NCBI GenBank assembly: GCA_036867785.1
Contig: CP145418.1
Location: 62,001 to 126,000, forward strand
Direction of reading: 5' to 3'
Source: Plasmodiophora brassicae
Lineage: Eukaryota
DNA length: 64,000 nt
Shown here: positions 50,823-63,520 of the stretch, piece after piece
Layout: each line of letters starts with the position of its first letter
How positions within the stretch are numbered: position 1 is the first letter of the stretch
Program-made: the position numbers and the translations under genes
Notes under the pieces: generated by a model
The model's database searches: none
Seen by the model: the letters and a program-made list of their open reading frames with translations, nothing else
What the model was told of the DNA's origin: nothing

Positions 50823-50902
50823 GTATCGCTATTCTATCCACCGACGGTCGTACCACCCGGAATCCTGGGCCCGGTCGACATGGTATCTGTACTAGGACGA
50901 AT

Positions 50903-52434
50903 CTAGCCCATCTTCAGGATGTCGGCGGCGATGTCCGTCTCCAGGAACCGCTGGAAGGCGGCGTACTCGAGCATGTGTCGAAGTTCGCCCCAGGCGCGGT
51001 CGAACATGGCCTTGTCGACGACGTCGAACTCAGCCGGGGGCGCCTGTGCGCCCGCTGGTGACTGTTCGACGCGGTCGGGTTCGAACAGGGCCTCGTACGC
51101 GCGGCGTAACCCGCTGGAGATGTTGATCTCGAACGGCGCCCCGACCTTGATGAACGTCTTGTAGATCGCGTAGGCGTCGTCGACAAGTTCCCCAGGAACC
51201 GACCCGACGGGGACGGCCCACTCGGGGGCCATCGACGCCGACGAATGGCTTTGTTCGGATAGCGTCGTCATCACCGACAGGGGCGTGCGATCGACGGCTC
51301 TGGACCATTTCCTGGTGAACTGGCGGCGTGCCTCGTAGAAAAGCATGGACTCGACTGCGAACTCCTTCTGCAGGTACTCGGTGAACGCCATGCGCACCAC
51401 GTCGACGTCGAGCAGGCGGTCCATGCGGCCGTACTGTGGCCCGACTCGCGTCACGCCGCGTCGCGCCCAGCAGACCGGCAACAGCAACGACACGCTGGTC
51501 GTCACCTTCGTCAGCAGCCACGTCGCCAACCGCTTCGTCGTCGAATGCACGTCGCCTGCAGGAGCCACCCGAATCGATTAAAACAGCACACGACGTTGTA
51601 TGGGATCGGGACGCGCGTGTACCCGCAGGCGGAATGACGTAATCGATGACGATGGCTGCGACGAATCCGAGAACAGCATTCGTTGTGATCTCAAACTGGA
51701 TCATGCCCGGAGAGTCAGCCTTGCTGTGCATGCAACGAGGCGACACGAAAGAAAGGGGGCACCTTGATGTGGAACGCGTCGTGGCAGTTGCCGAGACGGA
51801 CGATGAAGACGACCATGAGGATAAGGTGCAGGTAGGTGGCGCCGTTGTTGAACGACGTGAAACTGGCGGGCAACGTCGCCATCCCGCTGCACATCGCATA
51901 GGTGACGGCGATGACGACCAGGTCGGCGACGATACAACCGAGGAACGCTTTGAACCAGAACGTCTCCCGGACGAGGAACGGGTGCGCCGCGAAGAAGACG
52001 TCCACTCGAGTGACCTGCGGTCGCTGCTGCCCCACACGTCCAGGTTGGCCTTGCCCTGCGTTGGAGGTCGCAACGTCTACAACAGGAGGGCACAGGGCGA
52101 CGCCGGTCGCGCTCAGGAGCACCTTGGCTTTGGTCCGCCGATAGTTGCAATACAGGAACATGGTACGCAGCAGGGTGCCATGCAGGGGCGTCATGTCGAA
52201 GATGACAACGCCGACCAGGCTGGCCATTACGGAACCGGGATACTGGCTGACAACCCAGTCGCTATACGGGATCAGGGCGACCAGCACCTCGATGACGATG
52301 ACGATCGTCGGATGCCGCTCCCGGATCGGCGTCCGGTCCCAGTGCCGGACGAAGGCCACGAACATCGCCAGCAGGACCGTGCAATCGTACGCCAGGAAGC
52401 CGGCCAGCTCCACCTGGTCGTCATGGCTCACCAT
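50903..52434 (-). CDS. 7TM-RGS protein, tandem copy B (two introns)
   Basis: Paralogue of copy A with the same intron positions and RGS motifs (FIKVGAPFEINISS). Confidence 0.88.
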
Positions 52435-52528
52435 GCTGCCTCCCAACCCGGACGCAGCGAGCCGCGATCGTACCCAGATCCGTCGATCGTTCGACCCGAC
52501 GCGGGCGTTTACCATGATGTGTACCTAG

Positions 52529-54067
52529 CTAGCCCATCTTGACGAGGTCGGCGGCGATGTCCCCCTCCAGGAACCGTCGGAACGCGGCGTGCTCCAGCAT
52601 GGAACGAAGTTCGTGCCAGGCGCGGTCGAACATGCGGATATCGGTATCGATCCAGATGGTCGGCGTCGGGTCCTCCCCCGAGGGATTCGGGCGGTCGGGT
52701 TCGAACAGGGCCTCGTACGCGCGGCGTAACCCGCTGGAGATGTTGATCTCGAACGGCGCCCCGACCTTGATGAACGTCTCGTAGATCGTGTCCGCATCGT
52801 CGAGGAGCTCATCGGGCATCGATATCAGCCCGGCGGTCATGGGCAGGATTGTCGTCGTCGTTGATGGATCGCTGTGCGATGTGGCCGATGCGGTTGCTGC
52901 TGTTGTGGTCCCGGCTCCGGCTGACTGGGCCTGGCGGCCGAGCAACGTGGACCATCTCTTCGTGAACTGATGGCGGGCGTTGTAAAACAGCATGGACTCG
53001 ACGGCGAACTCCTTCTCCAGGTACGCGGTGAACGCAATTCGAATCACGTCAACGGTGAGCAGCCGGTCCATGCGTCCGTACTCGGGGGCAATGCGCAACG
53101 TCGTGCGTCGCGCCCAGTACACTGGCATGAATAACGACACGGCTATCGTCGTTCTCGTGACAATCCACGCCGACAGCCGCTGCAGGGTCGTGTTAGCCCC
53201 ACCTGCAACCGCCCACGATTCATCAGGGCCAAACACGACGCGCAGGCGGCCGCGTACCGCCTGGTGGGATGACATAGTTGGCGGCAAGGTTCCCAGCGAT
53301 GCCCAGGATGGCGTTAGCTGTGATTTCGAACTGGAACACATCCGCTAAGCACCTGGGTCGATACGCGCCAAACGACACAGTACCTTGATGTGGAACGCAT
53401 CGTTGCAGTTGCCCAGGTGAGCAATGACGACGAACCCGATGAGCAGCTGCAGGACCATACAGGTATTGTTGAAGAGATTAAAGCTGTCCGGTAGCGCCGA
53501 CATCCCATGGCAGGCACCATAGGCGGCGACGACGACGACCAGATCGGCGGCCATGCCAATGAGGTAGACCTTGAACCAGAGCGCTTCCCGCACCAGGGTC
53601 GGGTGCCTCGCGAAGAAGACATCAACTCGACCGGCGCCCTGCCGCTGCAGTACGTTGTCGAACTTGCCACTGGATCCCGGGTGTGGATCCCTGATCGCAG
53701 CGGTGACGCGACGCTTTGTAACGACGGCGCCGGTGTCGGCGGCGCCCAGGAGCACGTTGGCTCGCGTGCGCCGCCAATTGCAGTACAGGAGCAGGACCCG
53801 GATCAGCTCGCCGTGCAACGCCGCCTGGTTGAACGTGACGCTGGCGACCAGGTTGGCGAGGATCGAGTCGCGATACTGCCCCGCCACCCAGTAGCCGTAC
53901 GGGATGACGATGGCCAGGCCCTGGATGACGAGCACGATCTTCGGATAGCGCTCCCGGATCGGCGTCTGGTGCCAGCGCCGCACGAACGCGACGACCATCG
54001 CCAGCTGGACGGTGCAGTCGTACGCCAGGAAGCCGGCCAGCTGCGCCAGGTCGTCGTGGCTCACCAT
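52529..54067 (-). CDS. 7TM-RGS protein, tandem copy C (two introns)
   Basis: MVSHDDLAQL..., NCNDAFHIK, FTAYLEKEFAVESMLF, APFEINISS, ending DIAADLVKMG. Confidence 0.88.
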
Positions 54068-54300
54068 GACGCCGATACCGGACTGTACCCAGATACGTGT
54101 CGCTCCAACGTCGATCCCCCCTGTACGCGTGCGGCGCGAACGCCACCAGCAGCAGACCGTACTGTCGTACGCCAGGGGCGACGCATCGCCTTCACGATGC
54201 TCGTCGCCATCCTCGCCGCCTATTCATAGCGGCGCGCGGGCGGCGTCGTCGTCTTCGCAACCCCTCGCCGGACGTCGCGTCATCATCGCATGGCCCTGCA

Positions 54301-57020
54301 ATGCTTCGCGCCGTCGTCGACCTGATCGGTCGCGTCCGACTCGGCCTCGTTCGAGCGCCGCCACCGCCTGTCGCAGGGCCATCATCCGACCCGGTCATCG
54401 CGACGGTTGCCCGTCAACGACAACCACCACAACAACCGCCGTCACCACCGATGCTGATGCTGCCGGTACGTCCACCCGTACGCCTCCTCCCACAACACGT
54501 TCGGCGGCACGATCGTCGCCCGACCAAGGAGCGACGGCAGGACACGGATCCAGGGCGACCCACCGTGGAGGGGAGGATCCAGGCCGCTGTACACGTCGAC
54601 GCCCCGCTTGTTCACCCGATCGACCATGCATCGTTCGTGCAGGCGCTCGTCCGCGAATCGCAGTGCACGGCGCAGGTGACGTTGGCGGTCAGGCGTCGTC
54701 GCCGGTTCCTCGTCGAGCATTTCAGGACGGCGTTCCTGAGGGACCCCTGCGTCACGACGCGTCAGGTCGCGCAGGCGGTGACGGCAATGTCGGCGATCGC
54801 TCCTCCGCGCGTCGTCCTGCTCGCGTCCGCCACGTGCGCCCGCCTGCTTCGCCACTTCTCGCCCGCCGATCTGTCCCAGTGCCTGCTGGCGTTCGCACGG
54901 CTCGACCAGGGCGCGCAGCGGGCGATCCCCGACGAGACGTGGCAGGCGTTCGCGAACGCCGCCGTTCAGCGGATTCCTGTAGCGGAACCGGCGGTCGTCA
55001 CCGCGTTCGTGCACGCGTTCGCCCGCGCCCGTCAACCGTTTCAGTACGCGCTCGCCGTTCACCGCGCTGCGGTCTCGCTGGATGGGTTCGATGTGGGCAC
55101 GTTGCTCAGCCTGCTCGTAGCGCTTCGTGCCGCCGGCGCCCTGGACACCTTCCCATGGGACACGTGCTCGCCGCTCATCGCGTCCAGGGTCCCCGACATG
55201 GACGCAGCCGCATTGGTACGCCCCGATTCGCAATCGAACATGCTCCTCGTGAATGCGTTGCTGTGTAGGCCACACTGGCGGGGCTCGTTTGCACGTCGCC
55301 ATCGCCCAATGTCGCCCTAGCCAATGCCGTTGCAGGTCGAGTCCTGGGGTTGATAAGCGGGATGGACGCCCGACAGGTCTCCATGTTCCTGGGCGCGATG
55401 CACGACCTCGGCAGGGAACTTACGCGGGCGTTCGTCCAGCGCGTGAACGAGCTTCGCCCCGGTGCCGACGTCTACGCGCTGTCGATGATGGCGGCCGGCC
55501 TGCTTCGGCACCCGGCTGTGCACCATCAGCCGATCGTGCAGCTGACGCACCAGGTGCGGGAACTCGTCCCCGCGCTGACCGCTGCACAACTCCACCTGGT
55601 CGCGACGTCGTTCTTCCACGTGCGCGTCCGCGACGATCCCATCTTCGCGGCCATCGCCCAACGAGCCATCCAGATCCGGGGCGACCTCAGCGCCGGCCAG
55701 GCTCTGTCCATCGTCGACGTGTGCAGCAGGTTCGGGCACAATTACGAGCACTTCGGGCGCCAGGTACCCGCTCCGCACCGACGGCGCTGCCCCTGACCCA
55801 CACACTGATCGTTTCGACAGATGCTGGCGCGCGTTATCGCCCAGAGTCGGACGCTGGCGCCGCAGCAGGTCGCCGTCGCGATTGATAACCTGGGCCGGAC
55901 GCGCACGATCGGGACCGGCATCGACCTTGGCCCGATCAGGGCCCGGTACCTGGCCCTGGCGGCGTCGCTGACGCCAACGCAGCACGCCACCTGCCTGCAA
56001 ACGTTCGGGCAGGACGGTCGCGGGTCGGCCTCCTGCATCCGGACCGCCTGCCTGTACGTGCCCAGCATGGACGTCTACGACATCATGAAGGCGCTGGCCG
56101 GCGTAGGGCAGTCGTCGGGCAGCAACCTGCTGGAGCCGGTCGTGCGTCGCGCTGAGGAACTCGTCCCGTCCATGAACAGCCGGCAGCTGGCCACGACGCT
56201 CTGGTCGCTCGTCTCCCATGGTCGCGATCGTCGTTCCCTGTTCGCCGACGTGCTCGTCAAGCTGGAGTCGCTGCTTGCTGATGACGAAACGGACGGCAAC
56301 CTGCTGGCCAAGATCATGTGGGCGGGCGCGTTCGCATCCCTGTCCGGGTTCGCACCCGTTGCCCAGTGCTGCCTGGCGAGGGCGGTGGTCTGCCTGCGTC
56401 TGCCTCGCAGCGCGGCCGCCACGATTGCCTGGGCGATCGCCGCTCTCGACCTGCAGGATATGGATGCCGACCACCTGGCACAACTCTGGAAACGCGTCGC
56501 ATACGGCCTCGTCGACAAGACGCTGAGACCGGGGAGCAGCACGACCCAGCTCTGGCAAGCGTTCCTGTGGATGCGGATGAGGTTCCCGACGATTGTCGAT
56601 GCGCTGGACGGGCGCGCCCTCGAACTGATCGACAAGCACGGCCGGGCATCGATGGCGTACAACGCTGGCCGGGCGGTTGCGCCGACGGTCGCCCATGGCG
56701 AGCTCGTGAAGCTCGTGCGGGACCTGGGCGGGCAATGCAACGTCCAGGAAGGGTTCGTCTGCCCGAAGACCGGGTTCCGCCTGGCGATTGCCTATACGAG
56801 CCCGGTGTCCCGACGACGTTCCGCCGTCGAGCTGCTGTACAGCGGCCATCGGTTCGGCAACCGCCTGAACGGGTCACGTGCGCTGCGCGATCGCCTGTTG
56901 CAGGGCGCTGGATGGGAGCTGAACCCGATCGATGTCTTCCTGTGGAACCGGCCCGGGTTCGATAAGATCCAGCACGTCGCCGGCATCGTCCGACAGGTCG
57001 ATGAGCACCTCGACATATAG
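54301..57020 (+). CDS. RAP-domain helical-repeat (FASTK/OPR-like) organellar RNA-binding protein, spliced
   Basis: Arg-rich N-terminus resembling a mitochondrial presequence; repeats such as FSPADLSQCLLAFARL and MNSRQLATTLWSL; C-terminal RAP-like AVELLYSGH...LNGSRALRDRLLQGAGWELNPIDVFLW. Confidence 0.78.
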
Positions 57021-57106
57021 TATAGACTAAGCCGTTGTGACGATCGGATGTGTATTATGGGACCCTGTGGACGATAGGGCGTTTCTGGGTAATGATAACG
57101 TCGACC

Positions 57107-57826
57107 TTACTGCGTGTTGGAGACGTGCGACGTACGACGGCTGGCCTTGCGCTGCGCCTTGCGCTCCTTCTGCTCCTTGAGGCGCAGAGCGACGACGGCG
57201 TCGTAAGCGTCGGCCGTAGCCTTGCTCTTCTCGATGCGGCGGCGCTGCTCGGCGTACCACTTCCGCTTGCGCTGCAGACGCTGAGGTGTGACGAGTCGCT
57301 GGATCTTGGGCGCCTTCGTGTACGTCTTGTCACCCTTCGTGATCTTGCGCTTGATGACGAACGCGCGCACGTCGTCGTCCTTCTCGAGGTTGAACAGCTT
57401 GCGAATGCGGGTCGCACGCTTCGGCCCAAGGCGACGGGGCTTGGTGTCGTCCGTCAGTCCGGGGATGTCCTTCTCACCCTTCTGGGTGACGACCAGGTGC
57501 AGGACGGACAGGTCGCTGCTGACAATGCAACCGCGGACCGACTTGCGTTTGCGTTCGCCGGCCGTGCGCGGGCGGTAGCACGAGCTGCCCTGCTTCAGCA
57601 GCAGACGAACACGGCTGTTCGTCAGGACACCCTGCTTCATCGGGAAGCCCTGTTTGTCGTTACCGCCGGTGATCTTGAAGGTGTACCCGGCGAACTCCTC
57701 GCCGAGGTCGGCACCGTTGACCTCATGCGACAAGCGCTTGTCGTACAGGGCGACCAGCTTCTTGTCATCCTCGATCGTGATGCATTTCTGCAGGCCCGTC
57801 GCCGGGTACGAAATGTTCAGCTTCAT
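57107..57826 (-). CDS. RPS6: 40S ribosomal protein S6 (eS6), intronless
   Basis: [67 protein letters not shown]. Confidence 0.99.
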   Translation of the reverse strand: MKLNISYPATGLQKCITIEDDKKLVALYDKRLSHEVNGADLGEEFAGYTFKITGGNDKQGFPMKQGVLTNSRVRLLLKQGSSCYRPRTAGERKRKSVRGCIVSSDLSVLHLVVTQKGEKDIPGLTDDTKPRRLGPKRATRIRKLFNLEKDDDVRAFVIKRKITKGDKTYTKAPKIQRLVTPQRLQRKRKWYAEQRRRIEKSKATADAYDAVVALRLKEQKERKAQRKASRRTSHVSNTQ

Positions 57827-58893
57827 GACGGCACCCGCGCCTACTACCCCAGACCGAATGAATCGCACGGGAGGTCGCGGACTCCGTGGACGGACTTCCA
57901 CGACTTTGTTAGGGCGCCGTCATATATCGACCCACGATCCCAATTTCCGCGGCATCCTGTGAGTGTGACGCCCTGGATGTGCATTATTCGCGATGCCATC
58001 ATCCCCGAGATAGGCTGCGGGCCTCCGCATGTGAGAACCGACGCGCCGAAACAGGTGATGACCATCTGTTCGGCGCATCGGCGCGTTTCATATCTGTTCA
58101 CACCTGCAAGTCTTTAACCGTTGATGCCGATATCGCCGACAGCACTGCCGGCTTCAAACTTAGGGTACTGGTCTCCTGACACATCGTCGTTTGTTGCCGC
58201 GATGCCGGCGATGTCCGCTGGCCACTTTCTTGAACCTCGACAGAATGGGGAGGAACTGGCGCTGCTGACCCTGCGCTTGTCCAACTCCTCTTCCTTTGCG
58301 GTCTAGGCCGACACCGGCGACGCCACCGACTACGACGCCGTTCATCGGAATGACTATGGGACGGACGACACTGCCCGCCTACGAAGACGATCGATGCCGA
58401 TGCGGCACACGGTGCATGCCTGATCCGCGAGCACCTACGTTTCGGCTGACTGATCGACCGAGGCGGTAAACGGGTATCCTCGGCTCGCTAATTCGTTCGA
58501 GCTGGGGGTCGCCCGCAGCGATTCATCACTTCCGCTCAAGGCGCTGCGTCCCGCTCTTCGTCACCGCTGAACTCGTTCTGTCCCGATGCTCTCGCGCCTA
58601 TCGACGATTGCGACAATGGAGTCTGGCACGATACCGATTTCTTGTCCCACTTGACACTTTGCGGGACGTCGTCGTCATCGGCGGCGGGCTCCAAGCTGGA
58701 ACGATCAATAAAAGCCCGGCAAGTTCAACAATATTAGAGCTGGCCTCATACTGTCGACCTCTATTCGGAGGATTGCGTCCGCGACTCCGCGGCGCGTCTG
58801 AAGTCGGAACAGTTGGCCCTAAATCCTAAGCGCTCGACCAGAGAGAGAGGGAGCAGCGAGCGGTCAACCGACATCCCCATCCGTGCTGCAGCA

Positions 58894-60179
58894 ATGTCCA
58901 GCGGTAATCGCACTCATCGAATTGTCGTGTCGCCGGGTCTTCTTCTTTCCTTCGTCCTGGCCGTTAACGTCATCGATGCCGCCAGGCTAATATCCAAAGA
59001 CGGTGCTGTATTCATGCTCAACGACATTATACCTCTTGCGCAACATTCTCGCATGATACAGCGCATGATTAATGCAGGTGTCGACCGCATCGGCAACGTG
59101 TTGCTGCCCAATGTCTTCGATAGCCATTTACGCCTGATCGTCGGCTTTGCCAAGCGCTTTTCGCCGCTGGAAAAGAAATATCAGGTGTGGCCGCATTGTC
59201 TTCTGTTTGGCTCCTCTGCGATCAGTGACGTCGGCAACAGGTTCACCTCGCAGCCGACTGGCTGCAGAAAAGGTTCCAGGAATTGGGGCAAGATGGCACG
59301 GTGGGGGAATTTGTACAGGCGCTTGAGTACCTGCAGATGCCTTCGATGTTGGTCGCCATGGGTTGGATGCTGCGACTACGGTTCCCCGACTGGCTCGCGT
59401 GCACGACAGATCGCGCTGCGTTTCGCGAACGCCCAGAAGCGTACCGTTTAATAGCGGGGCCCATTCGGCTCTATCATCTGGCCAAGAAGTACCGCGATAC
59501 GAACGCAGCTGAGCACATTTGTAATCTTGTCGTCAGCGGCAGCAACGCCTCTCACGTCGACGCCAAGGTATGGGGCTGGGGCGGGAACGTCTTGCACTGC
59601 GCCGCCCACGATGGTGAAGAATTCGTCGTCGACATGCTCCTGCATCTTTCCGGCATCAAAGTCAATGCGCATGCCGATAGAGACCTTAAGAAGACGCCGC
59701 TACATTACGCAGCGGAAGAAGGACATCCTGTCGTCGTGCGACTTCTACTGCAACACCCCGATATTCAGGTCAACGCACGCGACGATGACGATTGCGCGCC
59801 TCTACATCTCGCCAGATCGGGCGACGTCGTCAGAGAGCTTCTGCATCACCCCGGTGTCAATGTCAACGTCGAGGCGGGCCAGCCCCAGTGGACGCCGCTT
59901 CTTCTGGCCGCTCAGCAGGATCGTGCCGAAGTCGTCCAGGCGCTGCTGCTGGCCGCCGACATCCGCGTCAATCAACCATCGGCCAACATGGTGTGGACAC
60001 CATTGCACTGGGCCGCCAGTCTTGGACATATCGACGTTGTCCAAGTGCTGCTGCGTGACAAACGCGTTGAGATCAACCCGCTAGATCTACTTCGCCGTAC
60101 TCCACTGACGCTAGCCATGCTCGCTGGGCGCCCGACCATCGCTGTCGAGTTGGCTGCGCGAGAGGCAACGGTCTACTGA
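58894..60179 (+). CDS. Candidate secreted effector: signal peptide, Skp1/BTB-like domain, ankyrin repeats; intron 59185-59240
   Basis: Hydrophobic leader (GLLLSFVLAVNVIDA); LISKDGAVF...SRMIQRMI...LLPNV...LRLIVGF...FVQALEYLQMPSML; ankyrins NVLHCAA, TPLHYAAEEGH, TPLLLAA, TPLHWAASLGH. Confidence 0.85.
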
Positions 60180-60511
60180 AGGACGGTGTGGTCGCCAATA
60201 TACAGACGCCGTTGATACACTGCGAGACGTCGTGTACGTTGGTTCGCACAGATGGTCGAATGAGTGTCGCATGCTAATTATTATTAATGCAGGACGACAC
60301 TGTCGCCGATGGTGCCTGGTGCCCAGGGAAGATCCCGGTTCGCGCACACCAAGTCACCGGCTCACGCTTGTGCTGAACTGACGTGATCGTTTCCGTGCCG
60401 AGCGGGCAGCGCCACCAAGAAGACGACACGCGCCGATGACGATGACGAATTGTACCAGTCGCATAAGTTTGACGACGCTGATCAAATCGGCAGTGCTCGG
60501 GACCAACAGAT

Positions 60512-61175
60512 TAGGGGTCGGCGCGGTTTGGTTTCGAACCAGAAACCGTGAACCAAACCGAAATGCGCGGTTTTGGTTCCAGGTGGACCCAATTAGTTTG
60601 GTTTGGTTTGGTTTAGTTCGAGGTCCGCCCAAACCTGTTCAAACCGGTTTGCTTCCGGTGGAACCGGTTTGAACCGTGGTTCGCACCGAGTGGCTATATA
60701 TGGCGGCTGCGCTAGTAATACAGGAATCCCGAGCCGCGAGCGCGCTGTCCAGCGTCTGCACAGTGGCCCCAGCGCCTCCCGTATCGCGTTCGAAGCAGAT
60801 TGGGAGCGTAGGAGGTCCAGTTCTCGTGTCTGTCATGCTTGGTCATTGCCTAGATGGAGCAAGTATCAGCGATCACGATTTGTCGTCATCGTCTGAGACT
60901 GGTGTCGAGTTTGTTCCCTCTCAGCTGGATGCCAATCAGCAACGTGACCTCACCGACAATGACGATGTCGTGGACCTTCTCCTGAAGGAGTTGGATTAGG
61001 GACTTTACGCCACACACTGTCGTGATTCATCTAAACCACGGTTTGTTGGTTTAGTTTCGGTTTCGGAGGCCCGGTTCGGTTTGGTTCCGGTTTCTAGCTC
61101 TTAGATATACTTCGGTTTGGTTTAGTTCGGTTTGGCCCTCAAAAAACCAAACCAAACCAAACCAAACCGCGCCTA
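60512..61175. mobile_element. Non-autonomous hAT-like DNA transposon (MITE-like, 664 bp)
   Basis: 8-bp direct repeat CAACAGAT at 60504-60511 and 61176-61183; termini TAGG...CCTA with imperfect TIRs (GGCGCGGTTTGGTTT / AAACCAAACCGCGCC); dense subterminal GGTTT/AAACC repeats at both ends. Confidence 0.88.
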
Positions 61176-61348
61176 CAACAGATCATCCGCGGACTGGCCT
61201 GCCTCACCTGCCGACCTGTCGCGCAATTATTACGGTCCTTGCAGAGTCGCGTTGGTGCGGGTCGTCCCGACTCCCCAGATGGCAGCGGAACAGTGAAACA
61301 GTGCGCCGCCGACTTCTCCTGAGGACAAGACGAACTCGGCGATGCTAC

Positions 61349-62579
61349 TCAAAGTCGTATATTGATCATCATGCGTTCGAGGAGCCTGCATGTTCGTTCG
61401 GGTCGTCGTTCCCGACAAAGTTGACTACCTGGGCGAACCCGGTAAGATGGCACTCTCGAAACACAACGCTGGCAGCGAACCTTAACGCGAGGGTTGCTTT
61501 CTGCGATTCGATGGAACGATCGCAGGACGTACTGGTGCTGCTCGCCATACCCGACGCAGATGATAACGAGAGTAGCGCGTTTGTCCTGCGTTAGAGCCAG
61601 TTCGAACTTATCGATGTCAGGGGCCTCGCCATCTGTGACGACCACCGCCATGAAAGGAGGCTGTCCATGATCGGCATTCAACCTCCCGAATTCTTCGTCA
61701 AAGACCCGGTTCAGTTCGAGCCATCCAGGCATGAGGTAGGTCATCCCTCCCCAAACGATTTGATCCCATTTCCTGACAATGGCGCAGTTAGAATTGATCG
61801 ATCGGGTGGCCCATCCATGACGGCGCGCGTCTGACGCACTCTTGCAGGTTTTCGGGATTCAGTTCGCCAATGTCGTTAGAATGCCCACCTGCAAACGTTA
61901 TTGCCCGAAGCCCGGCGCCGCGATCGCTGCCGCGAGAGTCCTGCGAAGGTTCGCCTTTCAGCTCCGACATCACGACGCCGATAGCTTCTCGAACTATAAA
62001 GTTGCGGCTCGTCGGGTTCTTCGCTGACGTCGGAAACGCCATCGACGCACTCGTGTCTAAAAGAAGCATCACCTTTCGCTCTTCCGCAGCGAAACTTCTC
62101 TCAGGCTCGCTTGCATGCGGGCTTGTTTGCGCGTTCGTACTTGTAGTGTTTACCACCACGAGCGGCTCGACATCAGGGCTGACATTGCCTGGCTGAATAC
62201 GGCGACACTGAACTGTATCGGCACCCAACAGGCATCCACCCAAGAACCTGCGCAATTTGCTCCACCCAAATCGAACCATTTTCTTAGCCAATCCTGGAGA
62301 TGCAGAACGATCATTCAGGTACATGCCCGAAGATGGTGTCGTTTGCACGTGATGTAGACGACGGTATGCTGTCGACGGCTGAAGACCCGGGGACGGTGTT
62401 GTTTGCGACGACGTCGTGCCAGAAAATGCCTGCACGTCAGCAAGGCAGTGGTCGAAACGGCGATGCTGGCCGCGCGGTTTTCTCAGTGGGTTGCAAGAGC
62501 AGGAGTTCCCAGCGGTCCCAAACCCCGCTGCCCCGATCGCTACGATGATGGCGGCGGCCATCAGTCGCATCTGGACCAT
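61349..62579 (-). CDS. Candidate secreted von Willebrand factor A (vWA) domain protein, spliced; 3' end uncertain (61349-61371)
   Basis: Signal peptide MRLMAAAIIVAIGAAGFGTA; MIDAS-like VMLLLDTSASM, ITFAGG, GGMTYLMPG, AVVVTDGEAPD. Confidence 0.75.
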
Positions 62580-63520
62580 GGTATCCTGGAACGGGACCGT
62601 ACGTACGCTCGCTGGCTCGATGTGGATTGGAACTGGTCAGCCGCCCTGTCGCGCAGTTCTGCACTGCCGTCGAGTCGCGCAGGCGCCACTGCAGATTGGA
62701 TTCGCGCAAACAGCGTGATACCTACTGTACACTGTACAGCGCCGTTGTACAGGTCGAAACGACTGCAACAATGTCCACACCAGCTTGCTGATGCCCTCTA
62801 GATAGTACTCATTGTGAATATAACAATGCAAGTGGCAGCACCAGTGAAGTTTTGCCTTAACAGCAACGTCACGCGAAAACAGGTTCAGTATATTGTCGCA
62901 TATCTTGTGCGACAAGTGTCGTCCCGGATTCCAGCAATCTATCAGGTTCACCGGCAAAGCTGGCCACTTGAAAGACGACCAGCGCCGCAGAATAGTATCC
63001 AAATGTCGGTAGATCTGGGCATCTGAATGCGAGGGTTGTGTGCTGCAACTGGATCGAACGGGGCCAACACATCAATTTGATGGCCTCTGTCATAACCGAC
63101 TCCGATTTATCATAGCGGGCGTGCGTCATATCACACAAGTCGTCTGGAATATTATTCGCTGAGATCGCCAGCTTCCGTAACTTGGCTGCACCTCCATGAG
63201 AATCATTTCTGTCACACCCGATGCGCGACCGATGTGCCTGGCCCAACGTCGTGCTATCTCGACGTCTGTGCCAGATCATATACACCTACTAAGCGACAGC
63301 ACGCTGCCAGGGGAGACACAGCTAGCAGTGAAGAAGGGCCCCAGGAACACAAGATTGCATGGATAGAGGTCAAATCTTAATCCTATCGTCACAACAGAGC
63401 CGCACCCAAACTGAGTTTCGACGCTGAATCCACATCCATTCACAACATTCACAATCGCCTTCCACTGTGATATTCACTGACTATGTTGTATGTATATATG
63501 CTGAACAACCGACCGATCAA

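Noticed and set aside
1980-57000. Many long antisense or alternative-frame ORFs (e.g. 1980-3242, 7710-9077, 44665-46050, 55317-56849)
   Set aside because: Expected shadows of real genes in GC-rich, codon-biased DNA where stop codons are rare.
57900-58800. Possible small gene or RNA between RPS6 and the ankyrin gene
   Set aside because: Only short ORFs without motifs, and no tRNA or snoRNA structure that I can support.
60676-60999. ORF inside the MITE, with a faint resemblance to a hAT C-terminal dimerisation region in mixed frames
   Set aside because: The similarity is too weak and interrupted to call without a profile search.
60520-61170. GGTTT arrays as telomeric repeats or a CRISPR array
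   Set aside because: They are irregular 5-mers in both orientations bounded by TIRs and a TSD, with no repeat-spacer periodicity. They fit transposon subterminal repeats.
62640-63480. Visibly lower-GC stretch with 120-140 aa ORFs
   Set aside because: No recognisable domain. It may be decayed or intergenic sequence.
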